Shown here: piece after piece, positions 1 through 11,558 of the stretch
Numbering within the stretch: position 1 is the first letter of the stretch
How the letters are laid out: every line of letters begins with the position of its first letter
From: Macrostomum lignano
Lineage: Eukaryota
DNA length: 64,000 nt
NCBI GenBank assembly: GCA_002269645.1
Contig: NIVC01002192.1
Location: 62,001-126,000 of the forward strand
Reading direction: 5' to 3'
Translations under genes and position numbers: made by a program
The notes under the pieces: model-generated
What the model was told of the DNA's origin: nothing
Databases searched by the model: none
Seen by the model: the letters and a program-made list of their open reading frames with translations, nothing else

Positions 1-250
1 GTTTCACTGTTTTGTTGTTCCACTGATTTGCTGTTCCACTGTTTTGCTGTTCCACTGTTTTGCTGTTCCACTGTTTTGCTGTTCCACTGTTTTGCTGTTC
101 CACTGTTTTGCTGTTCCACTGTTTTGCTGTTCCACTGATTTGCTGTTCCACTGTTTTACTGTTCTACTGTTCAACTGCTCTACTGTTCTACTGTTCACCT
201 GTTTTACCGATTTACTGTACTACTGTTCACTGTTTTGCTATTCTGTTTTA
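1..250. repeat. ~16-bp tandem repeat (TGTTCCACTGTTTTGC), degenerating rightwards
   Basis: Directly visible periodic sequence; array boundaries are approximate. Confidence 0.9.
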
Positions 251-314
251 GTTTTCTGTTTCACTGTTTTAGATTTGTTTAACTGTCCCAGCCTATTCAC
301 GGACTGACTGTCAG

Positions 315-3060
315 ATTTTTATTCCTGCTCACCTTGCTGCTCCACTATGCTGGGACAAGAGTTCATCCCACTGGATCTGTGCGCGCATCCGTGAGCTGTA
401 ACTCCTGCCCTGCGCCAAAGTTAAAATATCGTTTATGAAAATTTGTCTACAGTATTTATTGATTTAATTGCATCATCCTTCTTTTCTTTGTAAACCTTTA
501 TTTATTAGCTAATCTGACTAAAACACCTTTTAACGACAGCGCATCGCTCTGTCCTACTGTTGTATTGTTGAGCTATATGCTGATGTATTGTTCAACTGTA
601 TGCTGTTGTATTGTTCAACTGTATGCTGATGTATTGTTCAACTGTATGCTGTTGTATTGTTCAAATGTATGCTGATGTATTGTTCAAATGTATGCTGTTG
701 TATTGTTCAAATGTATGCTGATGTATTGTTCAACTGTATGCTGATGTATTGTTCAACTGTATGCTGTTGTATTGTTCAACTGTATGCTGTTGTATTGTTG
801 AGCTATATGCTGATGTATTGTTCAAATGTATGCTGTTGTATTGTTCAACTGTATGCTGTTGTATTGTTCAACTGTATGCTGTTGTATTGTTCAACTGTAT
901 GCTGTTGTATTGTTGAGCTATATGCTGATGTATTGTTCAAATGTATGCTGTTGTATTGTTCAACTGTATGCTGTTGTATTGTTCAACTGTATGCTGATGT
1001 ATTGTTCAACTGTATGCTGTTGTATTGTTCAACTGTATGCTGTTGTATTGTTGAGCTATATGCTGATGTATTGTTCAAATGTATGCTGTTGTATTGTTCA
1101 ACTGTATGCTGTTGTACTGTTCAACTGTATGCTGTTGCATTGTTGAGCTATATGCTGATGTATTGTTCAAATGTATGCTGTTGTATTGTTCAACTGTATG
1201 CTGTTGTATTGTTGAGCTATATGCTGATGTATTGTTCAACTGTATGCTGTTGTATTGTTCAACTGTATGCTGTTGTACTGTTCAACTGTATGCTGATGTA
1301 TTGTTCAAATGTATGCTGATGTATTGTTCAACTGTATGCTGTTGTATTGTTCAACTGTATGCTGTTGTATTGTTCAACTGTATGCTGATGTATTGTTCAA
1401 CTGTATGCTGTTGTATTGTTCAACTGTATGCTGTTGTATTGTTCAACTGTATGCTGTTGTATTGTTGAGCTATATGCTGATGTATTGTTCAAATGTATGC
1501 TGTTGTATTGTTCAACTGTATGCTGTTGTATTGTTCAACTGTATGCTGTTGTATTGTTCAACTGTATGCTGATGTATTGTTCAAATGTATGCTGATGTAT
1601 TGTTCAACTGTATGCTGTTGTATTGTTCAACTGTATGCTGTTGTATTGTTGAGCTATATGCTGATGTATTGTTCAAATGTATGCTGTTGTATTGTTCAAC
1701 TGTATGCTGATGTATTGTTCAAATGTATGCTGTTGTATTGTTCAACTGTATGCTGTTGTATTGTTCAACTGTATGCTGATGTATTGTTCAAATGTATGCT
1801 GATGTATTGTTCAACTGTATGCTGTTGTATTGTTCAACTGTATGCTGTTGTATTGTTGAGCTATATGCTGTTGTATTGTTCAACTGTATGCTGTTGTATT
1901 GTTCAACTGTATGCTGTTGTATTGTTGAGCTATATGCTGATGTATTGTTCAAATGTATGCTGTTGTATTGTTCAACTGTATGCTGTTGTATTGTTCAACT
2001 GTATGCTGATGTATTGTTCAACTGTATGCTGTTGTATTGTTCAACTGTATGCTGTTGTATTGTTGAGCTATATGCTGATGTATTGTTCAAATGTATGCTG
2101 TTGTATTGTTCAACTGTATGCTGTTGTACTGTTCAACTGTATGCTGTTGCATTGTTGAGCTATATGCTGATGTATTGTTCAAATGTATGCTGTTGTATTG
2201 TTCAACTGTATGCTGTTGTATTGTTGAGCTATATGCTGATGTATTTTTCAACTGTATGCTGTTGTATTGTTCAACTGTATGCTGTTGTACTGTTCAACTG
2301 TATGCTGATGTATTGTTCAAATGTATGCTGATGTATTGTTCAACTGTATGCTGTTGTATTGTTCAACTGTATGCTGTTGTATTGTTCAACTGTATGCTGA
2401 TGTATTGTTCAACTGTATGCTGTTGCATTGTTGAGCTATATGCTGATGTATTGTTCAAATGTATGCTGTTGTATTGTTCAACTGTATGCTGTTGTATTGT
2501 TCAACTGTATGCTGTTGTATTGTTGAGCTATATGCTGATGTATTGTTCAAATGTATGCTGTTGTATTGTTCAACTGTATGCTGTTGTATTGTTCAACTGT
2601 ATGCTGTTGTATTGTTCAACTGTATGCTGATGTATTGTTCAACTGTATGCTGTTGTATTGTTCAACTGTATGCTGTTGTATTGTTCAACTGTATGCTGTT
2701 GTATTGTTCAACTGTATGCTGTTGTATTGTTCAACTGTATGCTGTTGTATTGTTCAACTGTATGCTGATGTATTGTTCAACTGTATGCTGATGTATTGTT
2801 CAACTGTATGCTGTTGTATTGTTCAACTGTATGCTGTTGTATTGTTCAACTGTATGCTGTTGTATTGTTCAACTGTATGCTGTTGTAATGTTCAACTGTA
2901 TGCTGATGTATTGTTCAACTGTATGCTGATGTATTTTGTTGTGCAGAGTGAACGCCGTTGCGTGCTGCTCCTGACCACCTTTCTACTGTTCTGCTGTTTC
3001 GCTGTTTGCAAATACAAATCCCGACTGCAGTGGTTTACAAAACGGCAAAAACTAGTCTGA
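315..3060 (+). other. Possible last two exons (315-390, 2947-3060) of an unidentified gene, separated by a satellite-filled intron
   Basis: TCAG| acceptor at 314, |GTGAGC donor at 391, GTGCAG| acceptor at 2946. The phase-0 reading ends SERRCVLLLTTFLLFCCFAVCKYKSRLQWFTKRQKLV*. No recognised homology and the frame is ambiguous. Confidence 0.25.
553..2935. repeat. 23-bp minisatellite (CTGTATGCTGTTGTATTGTTCAA), about 100 copies
   Basis: Direct periodicity; it produces the Cys/Val/Leu-rich pseudo-ORFs between 657 and 3060. Confidence 0.95.
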
Positions 3061-3071
3061 TTAGCATTTTT

Positions 3072-3390
3072 ACCTGCTTATCCCTCACCCTACCTGCTTA
3101 TCCCTCACCCCACCTGCTTATCCCTCACCCCACCTGCTTATCCCTCACCCTACCTGCTTATCCCTCACCCCCACCTGCTTTTCCCTCACCCTTATCTGCT
3201 TACACTGATCTATATTGTCACTGATCCCAATTGACACTGATCTCTATTGTCACTGATTCCAATTGTCACTGATTCCAATTGTCACTGATTCCAATTGTCA
3301 CTGATTCCAATTGTCACTGATTCCAATTGTCACTGCATCCCTATTGTTACTGAACTCAATTGTCACTGATCCCAATTGTCACTGATCCTA
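3072..3390. repeat. Two short arrays: 20-mer CCTGCTTATCCCTCACCCTA and 16-mer CCAATTGTCACTGATT
   Basis: Direct periodicity. Confidence 0.85.
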
Positions 3391-3732
3391 GCTATCATAA
3401 ATGAGTCGATAATACGAGCGTACTTTATCGTGTGTTTTGTTATTTATTATTTAACATTTATGCAACTGACTGCATAGAATAAATCATACGAGTATTCCAT
3501 CAAGTTGTTTTAATAAACAAAATTTCTGAGAAATAAAACACTTCTGCATGCAGCCACCTGCCCAGCCGAAAGCTGAGACTCTGAATGAGAAAATTAAACA
3601 AACCAATAACTTTCACATGCCAAGAGCAGGGGTCCCTTGAGTAGCTTCTCTTTATGATTTCATCACGATTGGGGTGGAGCTGGGCCAGGGTCAATATGTG
3701 TGTACATTATTGCCTTCGCTGGATGTACAACA

Positions 3733-3810
3733 GGCTGACCCCAGCAGCCAATCAGAAAGCGCGAGATTTTTTCGCTGCACCCATTGGCTGAGGCTGCAAG
3801 TTGTCAGCCC
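3733..3810. promoter_or_regulatory. Inverted pair of CCAAT boxes upstream of the ankyrin gene
   Basis: CAGCCAAT...ATTGGCTG inverted repeat, flanked by GGCTGAC...GTCAGCC, about 80-150 bp upstream of the ATG. Function is inferred. Confidence 0.4.
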
Positions 3811-3886
3811 TCTGTGCTGAGCTATAACATCAGGTGTTACCCAGACTGGCAGTCACAGCTGGCAGCCCCCCAAGTTCTCAAGTGCC

Positions 3887-5185
3887 ATGACTAGCGATCT
3901 GGAGCAGCTGCTGCAGGAGGCGCAGGCCGACCCCAGCGCGCCCGAGGACATCGCGGACCGCATTTACGAGGCCGAGGGCATCCGCTTCCTGCTGGACAAG
4001 TTCGGCGACAGCGTGCTGCACGCCGCAGACGATGCCGGCAACACCGTGGCCAACTTGACGGCTCGCTGGTGCCAGACCGACGAGCCGCTGCAGCTGCTCA
4101 GCGAAGCCTTGAGCAGCGCTGGCTGGAGCGTGTGCGAGTTCTTCACCAACCCGGGAGCCGAGAACGCCTGCCCTCTGCACTGCGCTGCCAAGAACCCCAG
4201 CATTGCCGCGCTGCAGTGGCTGATGCAGCTGCTGGGAGCCGAATACCTGCGCTCTCCTGACGCCTCGCACTGCCTCCCGGTGCACTACTCGGCACTGTAC
4301 CAGTGCCCCGACGCTCTGGAGCTGTACAAGCGCGAGGCTGGCCTCTCCATCTTCGAGGAGACGACCAGTCGAGAGCGGACCGTCTTCCACTGCGCCGCCA
4401 TGAATGAGAGTGCCGACAACCTGCGCTGGCTGATCAGCGAGCTGGACGGCGAAGGCAGCTTCCTGGTGGCTCGCGACATCTCAGGCAACACGCCGGTGCA
4501 TCTGGCCGCCTGGTGCCAGGACGTGGACACCATGGAGCTGCTGAAGGAGCACCTGGGTGAAGAGATGTTTGACCTGTCCGGCGAGGACGGTGAGACCCTG
4601 GCTCACAGCGCCGCCCAGAACACGCAGAGCGGCGAAGTGCTGGCTTGGTGCATCCGGGAGATGGGCCCGGAGCGCCTGGCCACCGCTGACTGCTGGGGCA
4701 AGACCGTCACCCATCGGGCAGCAGAGAACCAGACGGCGGAGTCGCTGCAGCTGCTGTTTGAGGCACTCGGCCGGCCGTGCCTGGAGGCCGTGGACAGCTC
4801 CGGCCGCTCCGCCGTGCACTACGCGGCCACCAACACCGCCAGCGACTCGGCGTTGCGGTGGATCGTCGACCTGCTCGGGCCTTCGTGTCTGGTCAAGGAG
4901 ACAGATGCGCAGGGTATCAAGCCAGTCCACTTGATGGCGCGGCACCTGGACACGGAGGCGCTGGACTACCTGGACAGCCTGGATTACCGGCTGGTGTTCC
5001 GAACAACCGACCGGGACGGGCGCACGCTGGTGCACTACGCCGCCGAGAATGAGCTGTGCCGCGACATGCTGGCCTGGTGCGTCAGCCACCTGGAGGACCC
5101 GATGTGGCTGCAGGAGGAGGACTTGTTCGGCAAGAGTCCGCTGTACATTGCCAGCGGCCGCAAGCCGGAGTACGTGATTGAATAA
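3887..5185 (+). CDS. Intronless ankyrin-repeat protein, 432 aa, about 10 repeats
   Basis: Repeated G-x-T/S-P/V-x-H-x-A-A motifs (GNTPVHLAA, GETLAHSAA, GRSAVHYAA, GRTLVHYAA, GKSPLYIA); GC3-rich codons. Confidence 0.9.
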   Translation: MTSDLEQLLQEAQADPSAPEDIADRIYEAEGIRFLLDKFGDSVLHAADDAGNTVANLTARWCQTDEPLQLLSEALSSAGWSVCEFFTNPGAENACPLHCAAKNPSIAALQWLMQLLGAEYLRSPDASHCLPVHYSALYQCPDALELYKREAGLSIFEETTSRERTVFHCAAMNESADNLRWLISELDGEGSFLVARDISGNTPVHLAAWCQDVDTMELLKEHLGEEMFDLSGEDGETLAHSAAQNTQSGEVLAWCIREMGPERLATADCWGKTVTHRAAENQTAESLQLLFEALGRPCLEAVDSSGRSAVHYAATNTASDSALRWIVDLLGPSCLVKETDAQGIKPVHLMARHLDTEALDYLDSLDYRLVFRTTDRDGRTLVHYAAENELCRDMLAWCVSHLEDPMWLQEEDLFGKSPLYIASGRKPEYVIE

Positions 5186-5719
5186 CCTTTGACCCTCTCG
5201 TGCCGTGATTTTCTTTATTTTATCCCTTGCTTAGTAAAGACTTCTGCTAAATCCTAGACCGTGTCTCTGTGAATGAGACAGGACTCCTTTTTATGATTTT
5301 TTTTGCAGTGAGAAGGTTTTATTCCTTGCACTACTGTTTGTTAATCCAATGCAAGTCGAATTCGCACCCGGAAGAGAATAAAATCGCACAGAAGAGCTAA
5401 CTTTTGGTCAACTCAAATTTTAGACAAAATAGCATGCGTATAATTTAGCTTTTATATTGAGTTTTAGGGAGAATCTTGGGAGCGAATAGCAACTGACAGT
5501 CATTGCATTCGTATGGCAGCTTCCTGGGCTCGGGAAGGGAGACTGGTGCTAAAATTCAGTATTGTGTGCTCAAACTCTTGGACAACAGTAAAGACACCCA
5601 AGGGATGAACGATCCATTCCGACCATCGCTTAGCAATAGGAGAATATTAGAGCAGCACATTCGAGAGAGTGAAATTTTATAGTTGAAAACGCAGCAAACG
5701 AATCGGCGGTCGCCAGGCG

Positions 5720-8269
5720 TCACTCTGGCAGCAGGGTGTCGTCCAGCTCCTCGTCCGCGAACTCGTCCACCGGGGCGCGCCTCGCCGCCGTCCTCGGGCG
5801 CTCGCGCTCCGCTCCCAGTGGGTCCTCGTAGTCCATGCTGGGCTGCTGCTGCAGCGGCTGCCGCTGCTGCTGGTGCGGCTGCGGCGGCATTTGCGCCTGA
5901 GGCCGGTAGCCGCCGGTGCCCGCCGAGTTCTCTCTGCTGCCCGCCTGGCCAACGACGCTGCTGCGCCGTCCAGCGCTGGCCTGCCGCTGCTCTCGGGCCT
6001 CCTGGCTCTTCTCGGCTTTCTTCAGTTTGGCAGTGTATTCGGCCGCCTCGTCCAGGCCGAGGTCGGTGCTGATCCGCACCAGAAACTTCAGGCATTCAAC
6101 ATTGTCTGGGAAGCGCCTGTGCACGGACTTGTAGGTCTCCAGAGCCACCTGGTAGTTGCCGCTGCGCCTGTGGCAGCTGGCAATCATCAGCGGCCACTTC
6201 ACCTGGCCTGGCTGCATCATGGCGGCCCGCTCAAAGTAACCGATGGCCTTCTCGCAGAACTGCGCCTCGATGTAGTAGGCGCCCAGCCACTCGATCACCT
6301 GGAAGAGCAAAGCGGTAGGGGTCTCGACTTGAAATCACGTAAGTCTTAAACTAAACCAGCTCATTCCTAATAAGGATATGTTGTTAGGCAAGCCTAAATC
6401 ACAGAAGGCACCCCGTCCACTTACATCGAGGTTGGCCGGATAGTATCTGAAGGAATCGTAGTAGTAGGAGAACGCCTGCGACTTGTCACCCTCATCCTCG
6501 CAGAAAGCGGCCAGACGCTGCAGCAGCTTGGGGTCGGTGGGCAGAATGCCGTTCAGCTGCAGGTACCACTCCTGCGCCTGGTTGCGCTCGCCAATCTTCT
6601 CGAACACATCGGCCAGCTGGTAGATGACCTGCGCCGAGTTCTTGAAGATTGTGTGAAGCTTCTGAAACGCGTCCAGAGCCTCTTCCATGCGGCCCAGCCG
6701 CTTGTTGACCAGGCCCAGGTTGTACAGAGCCTCTACACAGGAGCTGTCGTTGTTCAGTGCGTCGTTGTAGAAGTCGCGAGCCCTTTCGAAGTCCTTCTGC
6801 TGGTAGAACACGTTGCCCTTGTTGACCAGAGCGGCCGGATTGTACCTGTCAGCCTGCAGCGACTGGTCAGCATACTTGTCCGCCTGCTGGAGGTTGCCTT
6901 CCAAGTAGTGCAGGAACGATAAATTCACTCCGGCAGCGGAGGCCAGCCGGGTGTCCTTTTTCTCGAAGGACTTCAATGATTCGATGGCTTTGCGGTGGAG
7001 AGACTCCTCACCTTGGTGGAAGTCCCGCTGCTTGAGGAACATCATGGCCTTGTCGATCTCCAGATCGTGGCCGATGTTGAGGAAGGCGGAGGACTTTACC
7101 TGGTCGATGCACCAGTCGTAGCCGTCCGAAAAAGTCTCCTCGATGACCGGCGCGATAATCTTGGCAGCCATCTTGATGCGCCGCTCAGCGTCCTGCTCCC
7201 TCTCCATCTCCACTTTGCGCAGGTCGTCATTGCGGATGACTTCCTGAATGAGCTCCGTCTGCCTATCGCTGTTGGGCGCGAGGGTGTAGCGGTCCGGGTC
7301 ACCCAGCTTCAAGTCGACGGAGAGCATCTTTGTGAAAGCCATCTTCATCATGTTCCTTTCGTTAATGGTGTAGTAGCACAGCAACAGGTTGAAGCCAGTT
7401 TTGAAGTCCGGCTGCTCTTGCATGATGTGCTCGAACGACGTGATGGCGTCGTGCACCTGACCCATCTTGATGAAGGCAATGCCGATGTTCTGCATGATCT
7501 TGATGCGCAGGCTTTTGTGCGTGTTGGGGATCTGATCCAGGGCCATACGGTAGAACTTGATGGCCTTGGCGAACTGCTTCTGCCGGAAGTAGATGTTGCC
7601 CATGTTGACCTTGAGTCTCCCGGCGTGGGCAAACATCTTGTTCTTCACGATGGCCTGATAGGCATTGAGGGCCTCCTGGTACATGTCATTCGCCTGGTAC
7701 TGATTGGCCAGGTTGAATAGAACCATGTACGTCAGGTCCATGTTTGCCTGGTCCGTGCTGCTCAGGTCCTCTCGCTTCCGCAGCAGGTCCTTCTCCTTCT
7801 TGGCTGCCTCCTTCGCCTTCTGCAAGGCGGCGCCCTTTTCGCCACGCGACAGCGCCAGACAGGATTCTTCAACCAGCTGCACCACCTCCTTCTCCAGCGC
7901 CCGGATCTTCTCCTCCGGACTGTTATCCGCCTTGGCCTCGAGCGGCGGCGCCGGTCGAATGTCGCCAGCGGATCCTTTGCGAGCGTTGCGGGTGAAGCCG
8001 GCGGCTCGCACGGCGGTCATCGGCCGGGCCTCGGTGCCGGCAGCTCCGGCCCCGACCTGTCCGGTGCGCAGGCCGGCCCGCGTGCCCGTTGGCGGCGGCT
8101 TCCCCGCGGTGCCGGCGGCAGCGATGTTCGGGGCCCGCCTGCCGTGGCTGGTGCGCACAGCCTGCTGCACGGACTCGTCCCGGAGAATCTCCTCGGTGTT
8201 CAGAGCGGAGTACTCGTTAAAGCCGCCGTATAGGTCGTCCTCATCCTCCATGGCGTCGAATTGGTTCAT
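5720..8269 (-). CDS. IFT88: Intraflagellar transport protein 88 (TPR protein). Exons 8269-6425 and 6298-5720; possible 24-nt micro-intron at 7011-6988
   Basis: Recognisable IFT88 motifs (EARPMTAVRAAGF, GRLKVNMGNIY, ADRYNPAALVNKG, VIEWLGAYYIEAQFCEKAI, KWPLMIASCHRRSGNYQ). A 126-nt phase-0 GTAAGT...CAG intron at 6424-6299 joins the two ORFs in frame. Confidence 0.97.
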
Positions 8270-8544
8270 CGCTGGGGGCAGTTGATGAAAACACACTAAA
8301 TTATTCGTTAGATGGAAAAGCTTTCAAAATACAAAAGCAGCTGCTTCACTACTGCGGGCCATGAACAAAAATTCGCTGGAATTCCACAGTTTGAATTTCG
8401 CGCCAAATTTTGCCGCGGTTGAGAGGAGAGGTGAGGCGGTGAGGAGGGGGCTCAGGAGACAGCCAAACTGGCCTCTCCGCGAGGAGGGCAACTGTACTCT
8501 GGGCTGGGGCAGGTGGAGAGAGAGACATGAGAGAATTTGTGCGC

Positions 8545-8559
8545 GTATCGCATAGCAAC
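8545..8559. promoter_or_regulatory. Candidate RFX X-box in the IFT88 promoter (GTTGCTATGCGATAC on - strand)
   Basis: Strong GTTGCTATG half-site about 280 bp upstream of the ATG. IFT genes are established RFX/DAF-19 targets. The second half-site is imperfect. Confidence 0.55.
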
Positions 8560-8973
8560 CGAAGAAAACATTTCAGGTCGGCTGTACATTGAATTCAAGA
8601 AGTTTCCTGCCCTTTCTGCCTCTGAGAACCCAAATTTCTCTTCCTTACAGTCGATGGATGAGTCTAATACAGTGCATTATTTCTTAGTCAAAAGGACTGC
8701 AACTGCAATCGACTGAAATCAGCTAATTGTATGCAGTCGTGACTTTCGAGGAAAATACATTTCCTCAGAACCTCTTGCTTGTTTCATAGCTAGTTTTAAT
8801 TTTTCAAATTTAACTGCTGGTATGATTTTTCTATAGGTTTCAATACCATAATTTAACCGGGAATGAACAAGGGGCATCGTCGTCCCATTCTTCAGGGGCC
8901 AAGCGATTTTCCTCATCAGCCCAGCTCCATAATATCGGGTGCAATCCCTTAACTTTTTAGTCTTTGACTTGGA

Positions 8974-10999
8974 CAGTGGCGCACGCAGGGGGGGGCGGGT
9001 GGGGGACCGCGGCCCCCCCCCAATCGCCCGCCAAAAAAAATTGCGCCCTTCACAAGACACCCAATATTGGCGCCCCTAAGGATTGCGCCCCCCTCCAATA
9101 CAAAATACTATATCTACATGTGCAAGTACGAGTATGACTTATATAATGCAAGGAAAAAATGATGTAAAATTTCAAATTAAACTAACATGCTAAAGCTGCA
9201 GCATTATAAGAAAAATAGTAAATCAAGTTGCATTGTGTTTTCTAAATGAACAATTTTAGTCTTAAATCATTTGGGGACTATTTTAATTACAACAGTGCTT
9301 AGCTCATTACTGTTTCGCAAATTGTTTCTATTCCTGTTTAAATTCTAGGGTTTTCCAAGACATTATAGCGCAGATTTGCTATTAAACAGTTTAAAATCTT
9401 AGCACGTCTTAACTAACTACTATGCACATCTCTAGTGGCGACAGAATGCAGTTGTGTACTAAAAAAGTTAGAAAAGCTACTCAAGATTAAGCTAATAGTG
9501 ACAGCTTTTTTAGGCAAACTATTACAATGAACTTGTCCTAAATACAACTTGTCCTGTTTACACTTAACAATAAAAAGTTTACTCACTGACTTCTTGTCTT
9601 CTCTAGTTGGCCAGGGTTTGACCATTGCTAATCGTCTGTGATTTTTTAAGAAAAAGAAAATTGCATCTACTAGGTTAACTTTTTTATTACAAATACATGT
9701 ACCAGATGAAGGTGTCTGGATCTAGATATAGGAATACTTATAAACCAAGTAATGTTTTTCAAGCTATTAAATGCATTTTTCAGATACATTTTGCATCTCT
9801 TTGCCTAATTTTCTTTTCCTAATTTTTAGCATTGTTCTGTCTCTCAATTTTTTTAAAATTAAATATTTGCCATGCTAAATTGCTAACAAATCTAATAATA
9901 TTAATAAATAGCACACACTGATTATGATAAACAAAGAACTCAATTTTTAGAATAAAAACATAATTAAAATATTAAAAATGAAAAAGTATTTTTAAAATAA
10001 TGTTTATTATTAAATTATTTAATTTTGTACCATTGCTTTAGGATCTTAGACTATAATTTATCTATTTCTATGGCCTTGGCCTTGCTATTGCCGTATTGGG
10101 TAAAATAGAAAGTTATCACAGTTTTTGAAGCCATCTATGAAATGAATACTTGCAGTATATGTAATGGTACTGCAGAAGTATAGCTAAAACTTGAATTCAG
10201 GTTGCTCTATATTAGTCAATAGCCTTTTTATATCTTTGCACAAATGGCTTCTAGAAATTCTATGGTTTTATCTTTACAAACTACAAAAACTTTTTATTTT
10301 ACCCAATATATTATTGGCCAATTGAGCAATTGCATTATGGCCAAGCCTATATTGCCATTCTAAATCTAACTGATTGCCTTATTGCTGATTTGAAAGTGCT
10401 TATGCTACTGACCCCTTAGGTTGCTACTGTTTACTATAAATGAATATTCAATTAAAATTATCTTAAAATTTTGTTGACCATATTATTATTATCATTTGAC
10501 ATTATAAAATCTAAAATTAAATAATAATTACTTTTATTTTTTATTAATTATTGTCTAGTTTAGATAGATTTCTTTATATCTTACCTAGCTGATTTTTTAA
10601 TAGACCATTTTCAAAATTGTAATTGTTATTTTGAGTCATTTGTTTACTTTCTAATTTTTTATTTGCAGATTAATAATTTTTTAATAAAATTAATATGTTT
10701 TTTTATTCTTATCAAAATAATTCTTTGTCTTAGTTTTCTCCTTAATTATTATTATAAAATCATTCTATAATAAAATGTTTTATAAATATATATATACTTA
10801 GCAATAGTAACATGTTCCATCTTTTGGCACAGCCAAGAGGCCCTAATGGGGCTAAAAGGCCTGCCTCCCAATATTATCCCCCCTGAAATTCTGGCAAGAA
10901 GTTACCCCCCTCAATTTTAGAGAAAAAATCCCCCCTCTTATACCCTCTCTTATAGGTGCTAAATAGGTCTCCCTTGAAATAAAAAATTCTGTGCCACTG
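8974..10999. mobile_element. Possible decayed AT-rich DNA transposon
   Basis: Ends CAGTGGCGCA / TGTGCCACTG are inverted. Interior is very AT-rich with a weak minus-strand remnant (FIDGFKN near 10120) reminiscent of hAT TTF zinc fingers. No TSD found. Confidence 0.3.
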
Positions 11000-11558
11000 T
11001 TTCTATCTGATATGTGTAGTATCTAGTCAGAAAAATTCCTATCATTGTTCAATCTATGATTTATATACTAAGCAGAAAAAATATGAATTGATTAATGAAA
11101 ATAATCAGTCATAATAAATTGCTGAAAGTTATATTATAAAAATATAACTTAGAAGAACAAAGCTTTTGACAATTGTTTCTTTTTTATCATTGTTCTATCA
11201 GTCTTAGACTCTTAGCAAACAAAAAGTAGGCAAAATTGTAGGCACTATTAAAAGCTAATATCAAGCATATTTTTCACATTGAAAAAGATGTGCTTAGCTG
11301 TTCCATTGTGTGCAATGTTGCAATTTTTAGCAATATGACTACCACTCACCTATCTTCTTAGTCCTTGGGAATTCCCATTTATTTAAATTATTTTTTCTTC
11401 TTATTCATGCCACAATTTGCCTTTGAACCTTCAAAGTTCTAGGTATTTTGTAAGCTTGTTATTAAAAAAATCTGCTAATCTTAATCAGACTTGTTAAACC
11501 TCAAATCGGTCTTTTTTAGTTTCAACTTTTCAACTTTTTTGTTTAACTGCATGGCTGC

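Noticed and set aside
657-3060. Many Cys-rich 100-220-aa ORFs
   Set aside because: They are translations of the 23-bp satellite in shifting frames.
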